Positions 19,230-28,664 of a stretch of 64,000 bases of DNA are shown piece by piece. The stretch comes from Verrucomicrobiota bacterium. Its GTDB lineage: Bacteria > Verrucomicrobiota > Verrucomicrobiia > Chthoniobacterales > JACTMZ01. The number at the start of each line of letters is the position of its first letter. Position 1 is the stretch's first letter. Where the stretch lies: the NCBI GenBank assembly GCA_014584375.1, contig JACTMZ010000103.1:90-64089 (forward strand), read 5' to 3'. The translations under genes and the position numbers were made by a program. Below the pieces are notes generated by a model. That model had not been told where the DNA came from. It saw only the letters and a program-made list of their open reading frames with translations, and did no database searches.

Positions 19230-21371
19230 TTAGAAAACACCTGCGTTACGTCTGCGGCGCAGGAAGAGCCCGGCCACACCGAGGCCGACCAGCGCCATGA
19301 CGCCCGGTTCGGGGATCACTTCGAGCATCAGGCTTCCTTCGCGGAAATAGGCGGATTTGCCGCCACCGAGATCGTAGGCATTGTTGATGCCCCAATTCTG
19401 AATTCCCAGAGCCGCGAAGTCCGTGTGAGTGCCCTCCGGCAGCTCGCCAAAGATGGTGTAACTGCCGTTCGGTGTGTTTTGATCCAAACCGATCAGGCTT
19501 GCGACTCCGAAGGAACTGTCGAGTGTCACCGTGCCAAAGACATTGATGGATGAGGTGAGTGAAAACCGGACGCTTGCTGTAGCTTCCAAGGTGAGGTCGC
19601 TGCTCACGAAGCCGTCAAAAATTCCCGTGCTCCCAATGATGCCTCCGGAAAGAACGGTGACGCCTCCCGGAGTGATGAGAGAGCCTCCGTTGAGCTGAAT
19701 TTCTCCGGCACTTTCGATGTTGCTGGAATAAAGATTGCCGGAGCCGACGGACAGCTTTCCATTTGCCATTACAAATGTCGTGCCGGAAACATGTGCCACG
19801 GCGTTGTCATCAACAACCAGTTCGCCGGAGACGCTATTTGTGCTGCCGATTGTCAGGGAGCCCGTTGTTGCCCAATCCGATCCAGCGTCCCGGACTGTCA
19901 CAATTCCACTCCCGCCCGCAAGAGCGCCAATGGTCGCGTTGGCATTGGAAACACGGCCGCCGTCCAGGATGTCCAATTGTCCCACGCTCTGATAGCCCAC
20001 GTGCATGTCGCCGGAGGTCCCCCAGGTTGAATTGGTGCCAGTAACGAGGGCGGCACCATTGCCGCCGATGGCGCGTCCAATATAAGAGGCGCTGTTCGTG
20101 ACCAGTCCGCCATTGCTGATGTGCAGATCCCCAGTGCCCGAGAATCCAACACTCACCGCTTCCGCCGTCCATTGCGACCCCTGGCCGACAATTTCCATAA
20201 ATCCATCGGAGCCCGCCTCGGAGCCGATGTGGGCATTGATGCTGGTAACGACCGAGCCATCTATCACGGAAAGGGTCGCCGTGCCCTGTTTCCCGACAAT
20301 GAGATTTGATGCAATGCTCCATTCGGAATTGTTCGTGAGCGTCACATCTGCGTGGCCCGTGTCTCCAAGGGTCGCAAATTGGTTCCCCAAAAATCCGCTG
20401 CCCTCGATGCGCACCGTGCCGGTTCCGCCATTCACTCCCACGGTCAAATCCCCGGTAAGATCCCACCGCGACCCCGAATCGGCCACCAACACCGTGCCTT
20501 GGTTACTTATACCGCGACCGACGGTCGCATTACCGCCTGACACAATGCTGCGCTCCACCACCGTCAGATTCCCAGTGCCTGCTCCACCGACAACAATATC
20601 CGCAGTCTCCCATTGACTGCGGTTCGAGATCGTCACCGATCCGGATCCACCCTGCACCACTCCCAGTGTCGTCACACCACTCGAACCTCTGGCTCTCCCA
20701 TCGAGGAGCAGGGTGCCCGTCCCCGCAAATCCAATTCCAAGAAAGCCGGAATTGGTCCAATCCGAGCCCGATCCCGTGATCGTCACACTCCCTTGGCTGC
20801 CGGTATCAATTCCGATGTTGGCACTCTCGCTGACGATCAGCCCTTTGGATTGCACGGTTAAATCGCCCGTCCCTGCGTCGCCCACTTGAAGCGTGGTCAC
20901 CGTCCATGTCGCATTCACCCCTGAGACGAGCGCCTCTCCATGGGAACCGGCGTTCAGGCCAAGAATCCCATCGCCGTAATACACGGGGCGGGAGCCATAG
21001 AGGTGAATCAGCGATTTGTCTCCAGTGCTTGTCCCCGAGCTGTCCGCCAGAATTTGGAGCCGACCCGCTTCGCCGGAAAGGCCGCCAACAACTGTCGCCC
21101 CGGTGAAGGATGTTGTCGCGCCACTTTCAAGTGTCAGTGTCGGCATGGAACCGTTGGCCGTGATCAACAAAATGGGAGGATCCACCGCAAAGACCCCGCC
21201 CGTCTGAGTCGTGTCCACGGAAACGACCGTGTCCGCCCGCAGGGGGGACAACGCCAGTGTCGCCGTGCAGGAAACAACAAGAGAGAGCCTGCGGAATCTG
21301 CGTCCTCGTTGCGCGTTCCGTTGAGGGGAGGGCACCGTGGAATTGCATTGCAAAGGAATCATTCTTCGCAA
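19230..21371 (-). CDS. secreted beta-helix-like repeat protein with a C-terminal PEP-CTERM anchor
   Basis: Signal peptide, then roughly eight to ten degenerate ~44-aa G/T/S-rich modules (xGTGxLxV...GSxGxVxVxGxGSxW...). The C-terminus VIPEPGVMALVGLGVAGLFLRRRR is a PEP motif followed by a TM helix and a basic tail. Confidence 0.8.
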   Translation of the reverse strand: MRRMIPLQCNSTVPSPQRNAQRGRRFRRLSLVVSCTATLALSPLRADTVVSVDTTQTGGVFAVDPPILLITANGSMPTLTLESGATTSFTGATVVGGLSGEAGRLQILADSSGTSTGDKSLIHLYGSRPVYYGDGILGLNAGSHGEALVSGVNATWTVTTLQVGDAGTGDLTVQSKGLIVSESANIGIDTGSQGSVTITGSGSDWTNSGFLGIGFAGTGTLLLDGRARGSSGVTTLGVVQGGSGSVTISNRSQWETADIVVGGAGTGNLTVVERSIVSGGNATVGRGISNQGTVLVADSGSRWDLTGDLTVGVNGGTGTVRIEGSGFLGNQFATLGDTGHADVTLTNNSEWSIASNLIVGKQGTATLSVIDGSVVTSINAHIGSEAGSDGFMEIVGQGSQWTAEAVSVGFSGTGDLHISNGGLVTNSASYIGRAIGGNGAALVTGTNSTWGTSGDMHVGYQSVGQLDILDGGRVSNANATIGALAGGSGIVTVRDAGSDWATTGSLTIGSTNSVSGELVVDDNAVAHVSGTTFVMANGKLSVGSGNLYSSNIESAGEIQLNGGSLITPGGVTVLSGGIIGSTGIFDGFVSSDLTLEATASVRFSLTSSINVFGTVTLDSSFGVASLIGLDQNTPNGSYTIFGELPEGTHTDFAALGIQNWGINNAYDLGGGKSAYFREGSLMLEVIPEPGVMALVGLGVAGLFLRRRRNAGVF

Positions 21372-21416
21372 TTACAACTTTCCACGAATTCTTTACACTT
21401 CTTTCCACAATGAGCG

Positions 21417-21444
21417 CCCCCTACTTTGGTAGGGGGTGTTTTTA
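21417..21444 (+). terminator. strong GC hairpin with a T-tract on the plus strand, between two minus-strand genes
   Basis: CCCCCTAC-tttg-GTAGGGGG (8-bp stem) followed by tgttttta on the plus strand. On the minus strand the same hairpin is preceded by the A-tract and not followed by a U-tract. Orientation and role are ambiguous. Confidence 0.4.
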
Positions 21445-21512
21445 TCCATCTGACAACAAATGCGGCGGGATTTTTCGAGTTTTTTTACGGAGAAAACCGG
21501 TATTGGGGTTGT

Positions 21513-21986
21513 TTAATCGGGGAGGGGTTCCCAATCCGAAAACGTGGCGGCTTGTCCGACGTAAGATCCGGAATCGTCGAGGAGATTGAAGACGGTGGCG
21601 CGAAGAATTTTAAAGCGACGGCCTTTGCGGCTGATGCGGACGCCGGAATAATTTTCAATAAAGCCGTGCTTTTCCACCTCATCGAGCAGGCGGCGGCGTT
21701 CCGTTCGATGAACGGGTTCGGCGCTTTCGCTGGAAGGATGCCCCACAAGGTCACTCCAGCCGGCCTCGAAAATTTGCAATGCGGCGCGGTTGGCGTAGTT
21801 GAAAACGTTGTCCGTGCCGGGGGAGCCGAGGGCGCTGAGCATGACGAAGGGGGCGTCGAAAAGGGCGAGGGCTTCCTCGTGAATTCCACCCGGTGGAACA
21901 AGATCGCGGGAGAACAGGCGCTTGTAGTTCGAGAGAATGAGTCGTGTGGGTTCGACAAAGCTGAGGCAATTCGGACGTGTGGTCAT
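21513..21986 (-). CDS. MEKHLA-domain (PAS-like) protein
   Basis: The pattern FDAPFVMLSA...DNVFNYANRAALQIFEAGWSDLVG.PSS.SAEP..R.ERRRLL..V...GF...YSGVRISRKGRRF.I..ATVFNL.D..G...GQAA matches the MEKHLA family as I remember it. The ATG at 21986 lies 3 nt after the bioC-like stop. Confidence 0.65.
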   Translation of the reverse strand: MTTRPNCLSFVEPTRLILSNYKRLFSRDLVPPGGIHEEALALFDAPFVMLSALGSPGTDNVFNYANRAALQIFEAGWSDLVGHPSSESAEPVHRTERRRLLDEVEKHGFIENYSGVRISRKGRRFKILRATVFNLLDDSGSYVGQAATFSDWEPLPD

Positions 21987-21988
21987 GG

Positions 21989-22720
21989 TCAATGGTCAGT
22001 CTCCGCCTCCACGCGGAGAAAAGCAAAGGTTGAGCGAACGCCGTTCTTGTCGCCGTGCAGTTGATCAAAGGTTCGCAGCACTCGCCGCAAGTGGGCGATT
22101 CCGAGGCGGCGGGGAACGGTCGCTCCCAGATTGTGAACGGCTCGCAGCATGGCGGTGGCATCGGGATGGCGACGGATCAGGCGGCGCGTTTCCCATCGGG
22201 TGACGCGCCAGCCGGATTGTTCGAGGAGTTCCATCCAGTCCTTCGCATCCCTCCAGGCGAACGGCGTTGCTTCGGGGCAAATTTGGAAAAAATTTTCGAG
22301 TGTCCCCCGGATGAACCATCCGGCAACAAGACGTGCGCCCGGTGCGGCGGCCCGTCGCCATTCGCGGAAGGCGCGGTCGGGGGCGGGGAGCCATTGCGCC
22401 AGGCTGCAATTGAATATCCACCGATAGGGCCCTCCCGCCAGCGTCGTGGCGGCGTCGGCGATGCTCCATTGGACAGCGGGAAACGCCGCTGCGCCGATGC
22501 GGACCATTTCGGGTGCGGCGTCCGAGGCTTCAAGGCGTGCCGTGCGGGCTGCCAGATGACGGGTGAAAATTCCGGTGCCTGCACCGAGTTCGAGGGCGGC
22601 CCCGTCGAGTTTGGCAGGCAGCCATTCGGCCAACCACGCGGCGACCTCGCGCTGGACATCCGCGTGGATGTCGTATTGCGCGGCGTTTTGATTAAAGCCG
22701 GTCAAAACGGCGGACGTCAT
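21989..22720 (-). CDS. bioC: SAM-dependent methyltransferase, BioC-like (malonyl-ACP O-methyltransferase candidate)
   Basis: YDxHAxVQREVA...LELGAGTGxFTRHL (SAM motif I), of BioC-like length and layout. The ATG at 22720 overlaps the upstream stop (ATGA). Confidence 0.6.
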   Translation of the reverse strand: MTSAVLTGFNQNAAQYDIHADVQREVAAWLAEWLPAKLDGAALELGAGTGIFTRHLAARTARLEASDAAPEMVRIGAAAFPAVQWSIADAATTLAGGPYRWIFNCSLAQWLPAPDRAFREWRRAAAPGARLVAGWFIRGTLENFFQICPEATPFAWRDAKDWMELLEQSGWRVTRWETRRLIRRHPDATAMLRAVHNLGATVPRRLGIAHLRRVLRTFDQLHGDKNGVRSTFAFLRVEAETDH

Positions 22721-23349
22721 GCAGCGCCATTTTGCCGCAGGTTCAGCGCGGCGGCGAGCAAAGGCTGCAATTGGTGTCCGCAATCCGCCAGGTGCAGATC
22801 GGGAAGGGCGCGCAGGAGGGCGGCGGTGTCGAGCAGGGGATCGTTGCGTCCTGCCACAAGGATGCTTCCGGCGGGGCGGGGCACGGGCGTTTGTGCCGGA
22901 GCGAGCATTTGCTCAAGTCCCCAGATCAGCGCCTCCGTTTCACGAAGTTCGGCTGTGAGCGGTGTCGTGGATCCGATGCGGATATGAAAATCGGCGATGG
23001 CGGCGGCGGGATCGCGTTTGAGCCAGCGAAGCTGCTGACGAAGCTGCGTCGTGGCGACTGCTCCGCCCAGATCGGCCTCCTTTTTCAAATCCACAAACGG
23101 AGCGAGAAGAATTCGAGGGCGTGGATCGTCAACGGACAGCAACAAATGGGCGCCGAAGGAAAATCCCGCGAGAATGTCGGCGTCGGATGCGAGGGCGGTT
23201 TTGACGCATTTCGCATCCGGCTCAATCACCGTATGGCAGGCGTCGGGCCATGTCTCCCGGATTGCTTCCAGCATCAGGTTCGGAGGAACCGTCCAGCCGG
23301 AAATCCAAGCGACCCGCGTCGCCGTGAGTGCCGGTTTCAATATCCCCAA
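22717..23349 (-). CDS. small alpha/beta hydrolase, candidate pimeloyl-ACP methyl ester esterase (BioH/BioG-type)
   Basis: 210 aa with a GFSFGA nucleophile elbow and C-terminal DCGH. Translationally coupled to the bioC-like gene. The function is inferred from context only. Confidence 0.45.
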   Translation of the reverse strand: MGILKPALTATRVAWISGWTVPPNLMLEAIRETWPDACHTVIEPDAKCVKTALASDADILAGFSFGAHLLLSVDDPRPRILLAPFVDLKKEADLGGAVATTQLRQQLRWLKRDPAAAIADFHIRIGSTTPLTAELRETEALIWGLEQMLAPAQTPVPRPAGSILVAGRNDPLLDTAALLRALPDLHLADCGHQLQPLLAAALNLRQNGAA

Positions 23350-23714
23350 TATCCCCAGCCGCCCCAGACTCCGGGGATGGTCGCCATTTGCGCAGCCATC
23401 AGGTTGTTGTCCGAAATCTGCTGCTGCACGACGAGGTTTTGGTATTTTGAATAGGCCGTCTGATCGCCGATGTAGGCGAAGTTTCCATTGCTGTCGGGAT
23501 AAACGTAAAAGACCTGATTGCCGCGAATGGTGCGGTGAATCGTGTAGGGTTTGAGTGTTGCGAGGGATTGACGCCGCTGCGGTGTGTTGGCCGGAATGAC
23601 TTGGAATCCGGAAGCGGCGAGCAGTTGCTCATTGCTTTTGTGTTCGGCTTTTTGAATGGCGGCACATCCGGAAAGGAGTGCGGCGGCAAGGGCGATGGGA
23701 AGAAACGCTTTCAT
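23337..23714 (-). CDS. small lipoprotein, unknown function
   Basis: Signal peptide with lipobox LLSGC and an aromatic/glycine-rich C-terminus (GVWGGWGYWGY). First gene of the minus-strand four-gene operon. Confidence 0.6.
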   Translation of the reverse strand: MKAFLPIALAAALLSGCAAIQKAEHKSNEQLLAASGFQVIPANTPQRRQSLATLKPYTIHRTIRGNQVFYVYPDSNGNFAYIGDQTAYSKYQNLVVQQQISDNNLMAAQMATIPGVWGGWGYWGY

Positions 23715-23818
23715 GCCTTTCGATTAGACCCGCTTTCGCTGGAGCGCAAGTTTGATTTTCGTAAAATTAAAATTGCCCCTTCACCCAGAACAGCAACTCT
23801 GGTTTCTTGGAGGCGGTC

Positions 23819-25453
23819 ATGAGCAACAACACACCACTCGTTCAAAGTCCGGCGTGGAAGGCGCTGGAGGCGCATTATCCGTCCGTATCCGCAGCGCACT
23901 TGCGCGAACTTTTTGCGGATGATCCGGAGCGGGGGAGACGATTGACAGCGGAGGCGGCGGGAATTTTTTTGGATTATTCGAAGAACCGAGTGACGGATGA
24001 AACCTTGCGGCTTCTTTTGGCGTTGGCGGAGGAGCGTGGATTGCGCGCCCGCATGGAATCCATGTTTCGCGGTGACAGGATTAATGTCACCGAAGACCGT
24101 TCCGTTCTTCACACGGCGCTGCGCGCGCCACGCGGGAGCAAAATTATGGCGGACGGCAGGGATGTTGTTCCCGGCGTTCATGAAGTTCTCGACAAAATGG
24201 CGGCTTTTGCCCGCCACCTACGCTCCGGAGAGTGGGCCGGGCACACCGGCAAAAAAATTCGCAACATCATCAACATTGGCATCGGCGGCTCCGACCTCGG
24301 TCCGGTGATGGCCTTCGAGGCGCTGAAGTTTTACAGCGACCGCTCCTTGCATTTCGGTTTTGTGTCGAATGTGGACGGGGATGACTTTGCCGAAGCTGTT
24401 TACGGATTGAATCCGGCGGAGACGCTTTTCATCGTTTCCTCAAAAACCTTCACCACCTTGGAGACGATGACCAATGCACACACGGCGCGTGCGTGGCTTT
24501 TGTCCGGCTTGGGCGGGGATGAATCGGCGGTTGCGCGTCATTTTGTGGCGGTTTCGACCAATGCCGTCAAGGTGGCGGAATTTGGCATAGACACGGCCAA
24601 TATGTTTGGTTTTTGGGACTGGGTCGGAGGACGTTATTCGATGGATTCGGCCATCGGGCTGTCCACGATGGTGGCGGTCGGTCCGGAAAATTTTCATGCC
24701 ATGCTCGCGGGATTTCATGAAATGGATGAACATTTCCGCACCGCGCCGTTTGAAAAAAATCTGCCTGTGCTCATGGGTTTGCTGACCGTGTGGTATGCTG
24801 ATTTTTTCGGGGCGCAAACGGTCGCCGTTTTGCCTTACGAGCAATATTTGAAGCGCTTCCCAGCCTATTTGCAGCAGCTCACGATGGAGAGCAATGGCAA
24901 AAGCGTCACGCTTGACGGACGTCGTGTGGACTATGCCACCGGGCCGGTGTATTGGGGGGAGCCGGGGACAAACGGGCAGCATTCATTTTATCAATTGATC
25001 CATCAGGGAACGCATCTCATTCCCTGCGATTTCATTGGTTTTGTTCGGACGTTGAACCCGTTGGGGCGCCATCATGATATTCTCATGGCCAACATGTTTG
25101 CCCAGGCTGAAGCGCTGGCTTTTGGAAAAACGGCGGAGGAAGTGCGGGCCGGGGGAACTTCTGAAAAACTGATTCCGCACCGGGTTTTTGAGGGCAATCG
25201 TCCGTCAAACACCATCCTTGCCGATGTGTTGGATCCCGCCACGCTGGGGCGGCTGGTGGCTCTTTATGAACACAGCGTGTTTACCCAGGGGGTGATTTGG
25301 GACATCAATCCCTTTGACCAATGGGGCGTTGAGCTGGGCAAGGTTTTGGCATTGCAAATTCTTCCCGAATTGGAGGGCGGGGGCGCTCCGGTCTCGGGGC
25401 ATGACAGCTCGACGAATGCGCTGATTGAGCGCTATCGGCGGAATCGCGGCTGA
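23819..25453 (+). CDS. pgi: glucose-6-phosphate isomerase
   Basis: Full-length PGI pattern ([10 protein letters not shown], SKTFTTxET, ESNGK, [18 protein letters not shown]). The ATG at 23819 is preceded by GGAGG 6 nt upstream. The ORF-track start at 23807 is a TTG. Confidence 0.95.
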   Translation: MSNNTPLVQSPAWKALEAHYPSVSAAHLRELFADDPERGRRLTAEAAGIFLDYSKNRVTDETLRLLLALAEERGLRARMESMFRGDRINVTEDRSVLHTALRAPRGSKIMADGRDVVPGVHEVLDKMAAFARHLRSGEWAGHTGKKIRNIINIGIGGSDLGPVMAFEALKFYSDRSLHFGFVSNVDGDDFAEAVYGLNPAETLFIVSSKTFTTLETMTNAHTARAWLLSGLGGDESAVARHFVAVSTNAVKVAEFGIDTANMFGFWDWVGGRYSMDSAIGLSTMVAVGPENFHAMLAGFHEMDEHFRTAPFEKNLPVLMGLLTVWYADFFGAQTVAVLPYEQYLKRFPAYLQQLTMESNGKSVTLDGRRVDYATGPVYWGEPGTNGQHSFYQLIHQGTHLIPCDFIGFVRTLNPLGRHHDILMANMFAQAEALAFGKTAEEVRAGGTSEKLIPHRVFEGNRPSNTILADVLDPATLGRLVALYEHSVFTQGVIWDINPFDQWGVELGKVLALQILPELEGGGAPVSGHDSSTNALIERYRRNRG

Positions 25454-25454
25454 A

Positions 25455-28400
25455 TTATTTCGCTCCCAGGGCGGAGAGGCGCTCCTTGGCTTGAGAGGTG
25501 TATTTGGATTCCGGGAATTTTTCCACGAGATCCTTGTAGGCACGGATAAGCTGTTCCCGCTGTCTCTCCGCCTTTTTGGAATCGGTGGCCGACAATTCCT
25601 TGACCTGCTGTTCAAGGAGCTGACCACCCTCCCAAAGCCCCGTGGCGGCCGCCTCGGGAACGCCGTCGTAGAAGGCGGAAACCTTGATGAAATAATCTAT
25701 GGCGGCATCGCGCTGCCCCTTGTCCCTCTGGATGTATCCTCCGAGCAGCATGGAATCGGCCCGCAGTTGCGAGGGGGCGTTGGGAGCGCGAATAATTTGC
25801 GTGAGCAGGGCAATGGCTTCGTCGCCTTTCTTTTGCTGACGCAGGGATTGCGCAATGCCGTAGTTGGCCTCCAAAACCTTGGGTGACCAGGGATAGGTTG
25901 CTTTCAGTTTTTCAAAAAGTTTTCCGGCGGCGGCGGTGTCGCCCGCATTTTGCGCGACTTTGCCGAGGCCGAAGAGGGAAATAGCCTGGGCTTCCTGAAT
26001 GATGGGCGGTGCCTTGATCGGTTCGGCTCCGGCGGGATTTGGATAATCAACGGCGATTTTTTCAAAAACAGCCTTCGCCTTGTCCGACTCTTTGTTGTCG
26101 AGCAGTGCCAGTCCGAAAAGATCCAGATCGCTCGGTGCATAGCGCAGGGAGGCATCGTAGGCCTTTTTCATTTCTTCAAGCGCGCGCTTTGGATCCTTTG
26201 TGCTGATAAAGGACGCGCGGGCAAAGAGGGCCTTGCTTTTGGCGGAGCCGGGGAGGGATTCCGCAAGGGTGGCAAAATATTTTTCCACATCGGCATCGGT
26301 GGCGAGGTTTGAGTCAACCTCCAGCTTTTTCGCGTTGAGCAGGGCGCGGAGACCGAGGCTGAGCTCGGGGCTGTCGGGATAGGTTTTGGCCATCTTCTCC
26401 ACGGAGGCCAAGGAATCCGCGAGGGATTTTTTCCATTTTTCCTGCTCTTCCGCCGGCAGCGCACCGAAGCGTCCGAGCCGTTCGGCGGCGCCGCGATGAA
26501 GGTCGGCGATGTGAACCAGGGCTTCGGGCGACTTGGGCGAGTCGGGATATTTTTCAACAAAGTCGGCATAGGCGGCCACGGCTCCGTCTATGTCGCCGCT
26601 GTTAAGCCGGGTTTTTCCAATGCTGTCAAAGGCGAACCAAACTTTGTCGTCGGTGGGATACTTTTCGATGAATTCCTGCATCAGCCGCACAACCTCGGCA
26701 CTGTTTTTTGCAGCGCCCGCGATTTGTGCGCGTTGGAAGAAGGTGAAGGGAGCCGGCTGGCTCTTGGGGAATTTTTCCGCAATTTCCGCTAGGGTGGCGA
26801 CGCCCTGTTCCTGCTGCTTCAAGGCGAGCTGGGCGGCGGCCTTGGAATAAAGCGCGCTCGGGGCGAGCGTGGCGTTGTCGGAATATTTTTTCAGGAAGGC
26901 GTCAAGAAGCGGAATGGCGCCTTCGTTGTCGCCCTTTTGCTGAGTGCCGACCGCCACCCAGAATTCCGCTTCGGGGACCTGGGCCGCTTTCGGATATTTG
27001 GCTGTCAGTTCCTTGTAGGCGGCGATGGCTTCGTCCCATTTCTTTTGCTCCTTCAGTACATTGGCGATGCCGATCTGGGCGACGGAGGCCACTTCCGCAG
27101 GCGGATTTTTTGCAAGGAAATCCTTGTATGTTTTCAGCGCTCCGTCGAAGTCCCCCTGTTGGGCACGCGCCGTGGCTTCATTGACAATGGAGAGACCCAG
27201 CAGGGGGCTGTTGGGATAAAGTTCCGCCGCTTCCTGGAAATATTGTGCCGCCTTTTGCGGATCCCGTTGCGCGGGGTCGGGGTGGGTGAGGTACATGTTG
27301 CCGATGGCAACCGGAAGATTGGCGGCGAGAAGATCGCCTTTGTGGGCGCTTTGGAATTCCTTGTATCCGGCGGTGGCCTGCGCAATCGCGTTCTGCAAGG
27401 CATAGGTCATCGTCGTAAAATAGAGATTGCGCTTCTTGTCATCGTCGTCCGCCAGGAACGGTTTCACATAGCTGAGAATGACGCGGGCTTCGTCATATTT
27501 TCCCTGCTGATAATATGCTTCGCCGACTTTTTGCAGGGCGGTGGCGGTTTGTTCCGGGCGGCTTTGGAGTTCGGCCATCTGGCGGTGGTCGCGTTCGGCG
27601 CGGCGGTCGAGGCGTTTGAGCGCGGCGTTGTCACGCGCGGCCAGGGCGGCGCGACGCAGGGCCGGAATGTCGTCAATTTTTTGCTGTTGGAGTTTGATGA
27701 TTGTTTCCTTTGGCAGGACGCCCCGGTAGGCCTGACGCGCTTCATCGAGGAACGCGACTTTTCGATCGTCGGGAGCGAAGGTCGCCTCGTTGAGGAGAAT
27801 TTCCCCCAGTTGGAATTGCGCAGCGTTGACCAGCGCCAGATCCGAGCGTTTTTGAATTATGCCGCGAAGGAGATCGGTTGCCTTTTTAAAGAGCGCCGAG
27901 GCGCCCTCGCGATCGGGGGGATCTTTTGAAAGAAGCTTGCCGCCTTCGCTGGCGAGGGTGAGAGCCAGGAGATTCTGACTTTCCTGTATGGTGCCGCTGG
28001 AGGAGAATTTTTGGATGTTGGTTTCCAGGGCGGTTTTGGCGGCGTCTAGGTCGTCAATTTGAAATAAAGCGAGGGCGCTGCCGTAGTAAGCGGATTCAAT
28101 GTCTGCGGACTGGGGATATTTTTGAATGAATTCCGCAAATTTTTTCACCGCTTCCTGAAAGTTCTTTTTGCGTGCGGGGTCATCCTTTTTGAGCGAGGTG
28201 GCCAGGGCGGAGAGGGCCAGCGGTTGAAGGTAGGCGGCGAGTTCCTTGATTTCATCGCTCGCCGAGGGGCCCTTGGGATCGAGCAGCTTGGCTATCGTAT
28301 CGAGGCTCTTCTGACTTTGACCGGTGAGGAAGTAAGCGAAGGCCAGTTGTATCTGGGCGTTGGGAACGACGGGCGAGGTGGGGTAATCAGCAAGCAGTTT

Positions 28401-28562
28401 TTCATACGCGGTTACGGCGGATGCGTAATTGCCGCCCGTATAGATGTTGTTGGCGGCTTCGAGCGCCTGCTGCGGTGCGCTTTGCGCGAAAACGCGGGGC
28501 AGGGAAACGCCAAGAACAAGGACGAAAACGACGGGCAGGAGGAAACGGCTCGGGAAGGTCAT
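25455..28562 (-). CDS. large secreted TPR-repeat protein
   Basis: 1035 aa with a signal peptide ending VFAQ, then tandem TPR-like A/Y/L-rich helical repeats throughout. Confidence 0.85.
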   Translation of the reverse strand: MTFPSRFLLPVVFVLVLGVSLPRVFAQSAPQQALEAANNIYTGGNYASAVTAYEKLLADYPTSPVVPNAQIQLAFAYFLTGQSQKSLDTIAKLLDPKGPSASDEIKELAAYLQPLALSALATSLKKDDPARKKNFQEAVKKFAEFIQKYPQSADIESAYYGSALALFQIDDLDAAKTALETNIQKFSSSGTIQESQNLLALTLASEGGKLLSKDPPDREGASALFKKATDLLRGIIQKRSDLALVNAAQFQLGEILLNEATFAPDDRKVAFLDEARQAYRGVLPKETIIKLQQQKIDDIPALRRAALAARDNAALKRLDRRAERDHRQMAELQSRPEQTATALQKVGEAYYQQGKYDEARVILSYVKPFLADDDDKKRNLYFTTMTYALQNAIAQATAGYKEFQSAHKGDLLAANLPVAIGNMYLTHPDPAQRDPQKAAQYFQEAAELYPNSPLLGLSIVNEATARAQQGDFDGALKTYKDFLAKNPPAEVASVAQIGIANVLKEQKKWDEAIAAYKELTAKYPKAAQVPEAEFWVAVGTQQKGDNEGAIPLLDAFLKKYSDNATLAPSALYSKAAAQLALKQQEQGVATLAEIAEKFPKSQPAPFTFFQRAQIAGAAKNSAEVVRLMQEFIEKYPTDDKVWFAFDSIGKTRLNSGDIDGAVAAYADFVEKYPDSPKSPEALVHIADLHRGAAERLGRFGALPAEEQEKWKKSLADSLASVEKMAKTYPDSPELSLGLRALLNAKKLEVDSNLATDADVEKYFATLAESLPGSAKSKALFARASFISTKDPKRALEEMKKAYDASLRYAPSDLDLFGLALLDNKESDKAKAVFEKIAVDYPNPAGAEPIKAPPIIQEAQAISLFGLGKVAQNAGDTAAAGKLFEKLKATYPWSPKVLEANYGIAQSLRQQKKGDEAIALLTQIIRAPNAPSQLRADSMLLGGYIQRDKGQRDAAIDYFIKVSAFYDGVPEAAATGLWEGGQLLEQQVKELSATDSKKAERQREQLIRAYKDLVEKFPESKYTSQAKERLSALGAK

Positions 28563-28664
28563 TGCTCACTATTACCTTATTGTGAATTTAAGATAAAGCC
28601 TTCCGACGAAATTTTAAACGTTCTCCGCCGGGCTTTGCAGAGCCGGATTCAATCCGTATATTCC

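Noticed and set aside
19834-20616. Several 60-210-aa ORFs on both strands inside the PEP-CTERM repeat gene.
   Set aside because: These are alternative-frame products of repetitive GC-rich DNA. The 713-aa frame alone has a signal peptide, coherent repeats and the PEP-CTERM tail.
28122-28664. The 5' extension of the phosphohexomutase ORF, giving 836 aa.
   Set aside because: The extension runs antisense through the TPR gene and its signal-peptide region, and it has no mutase homology. An ATG at 28665 gives a normal N-terminus.
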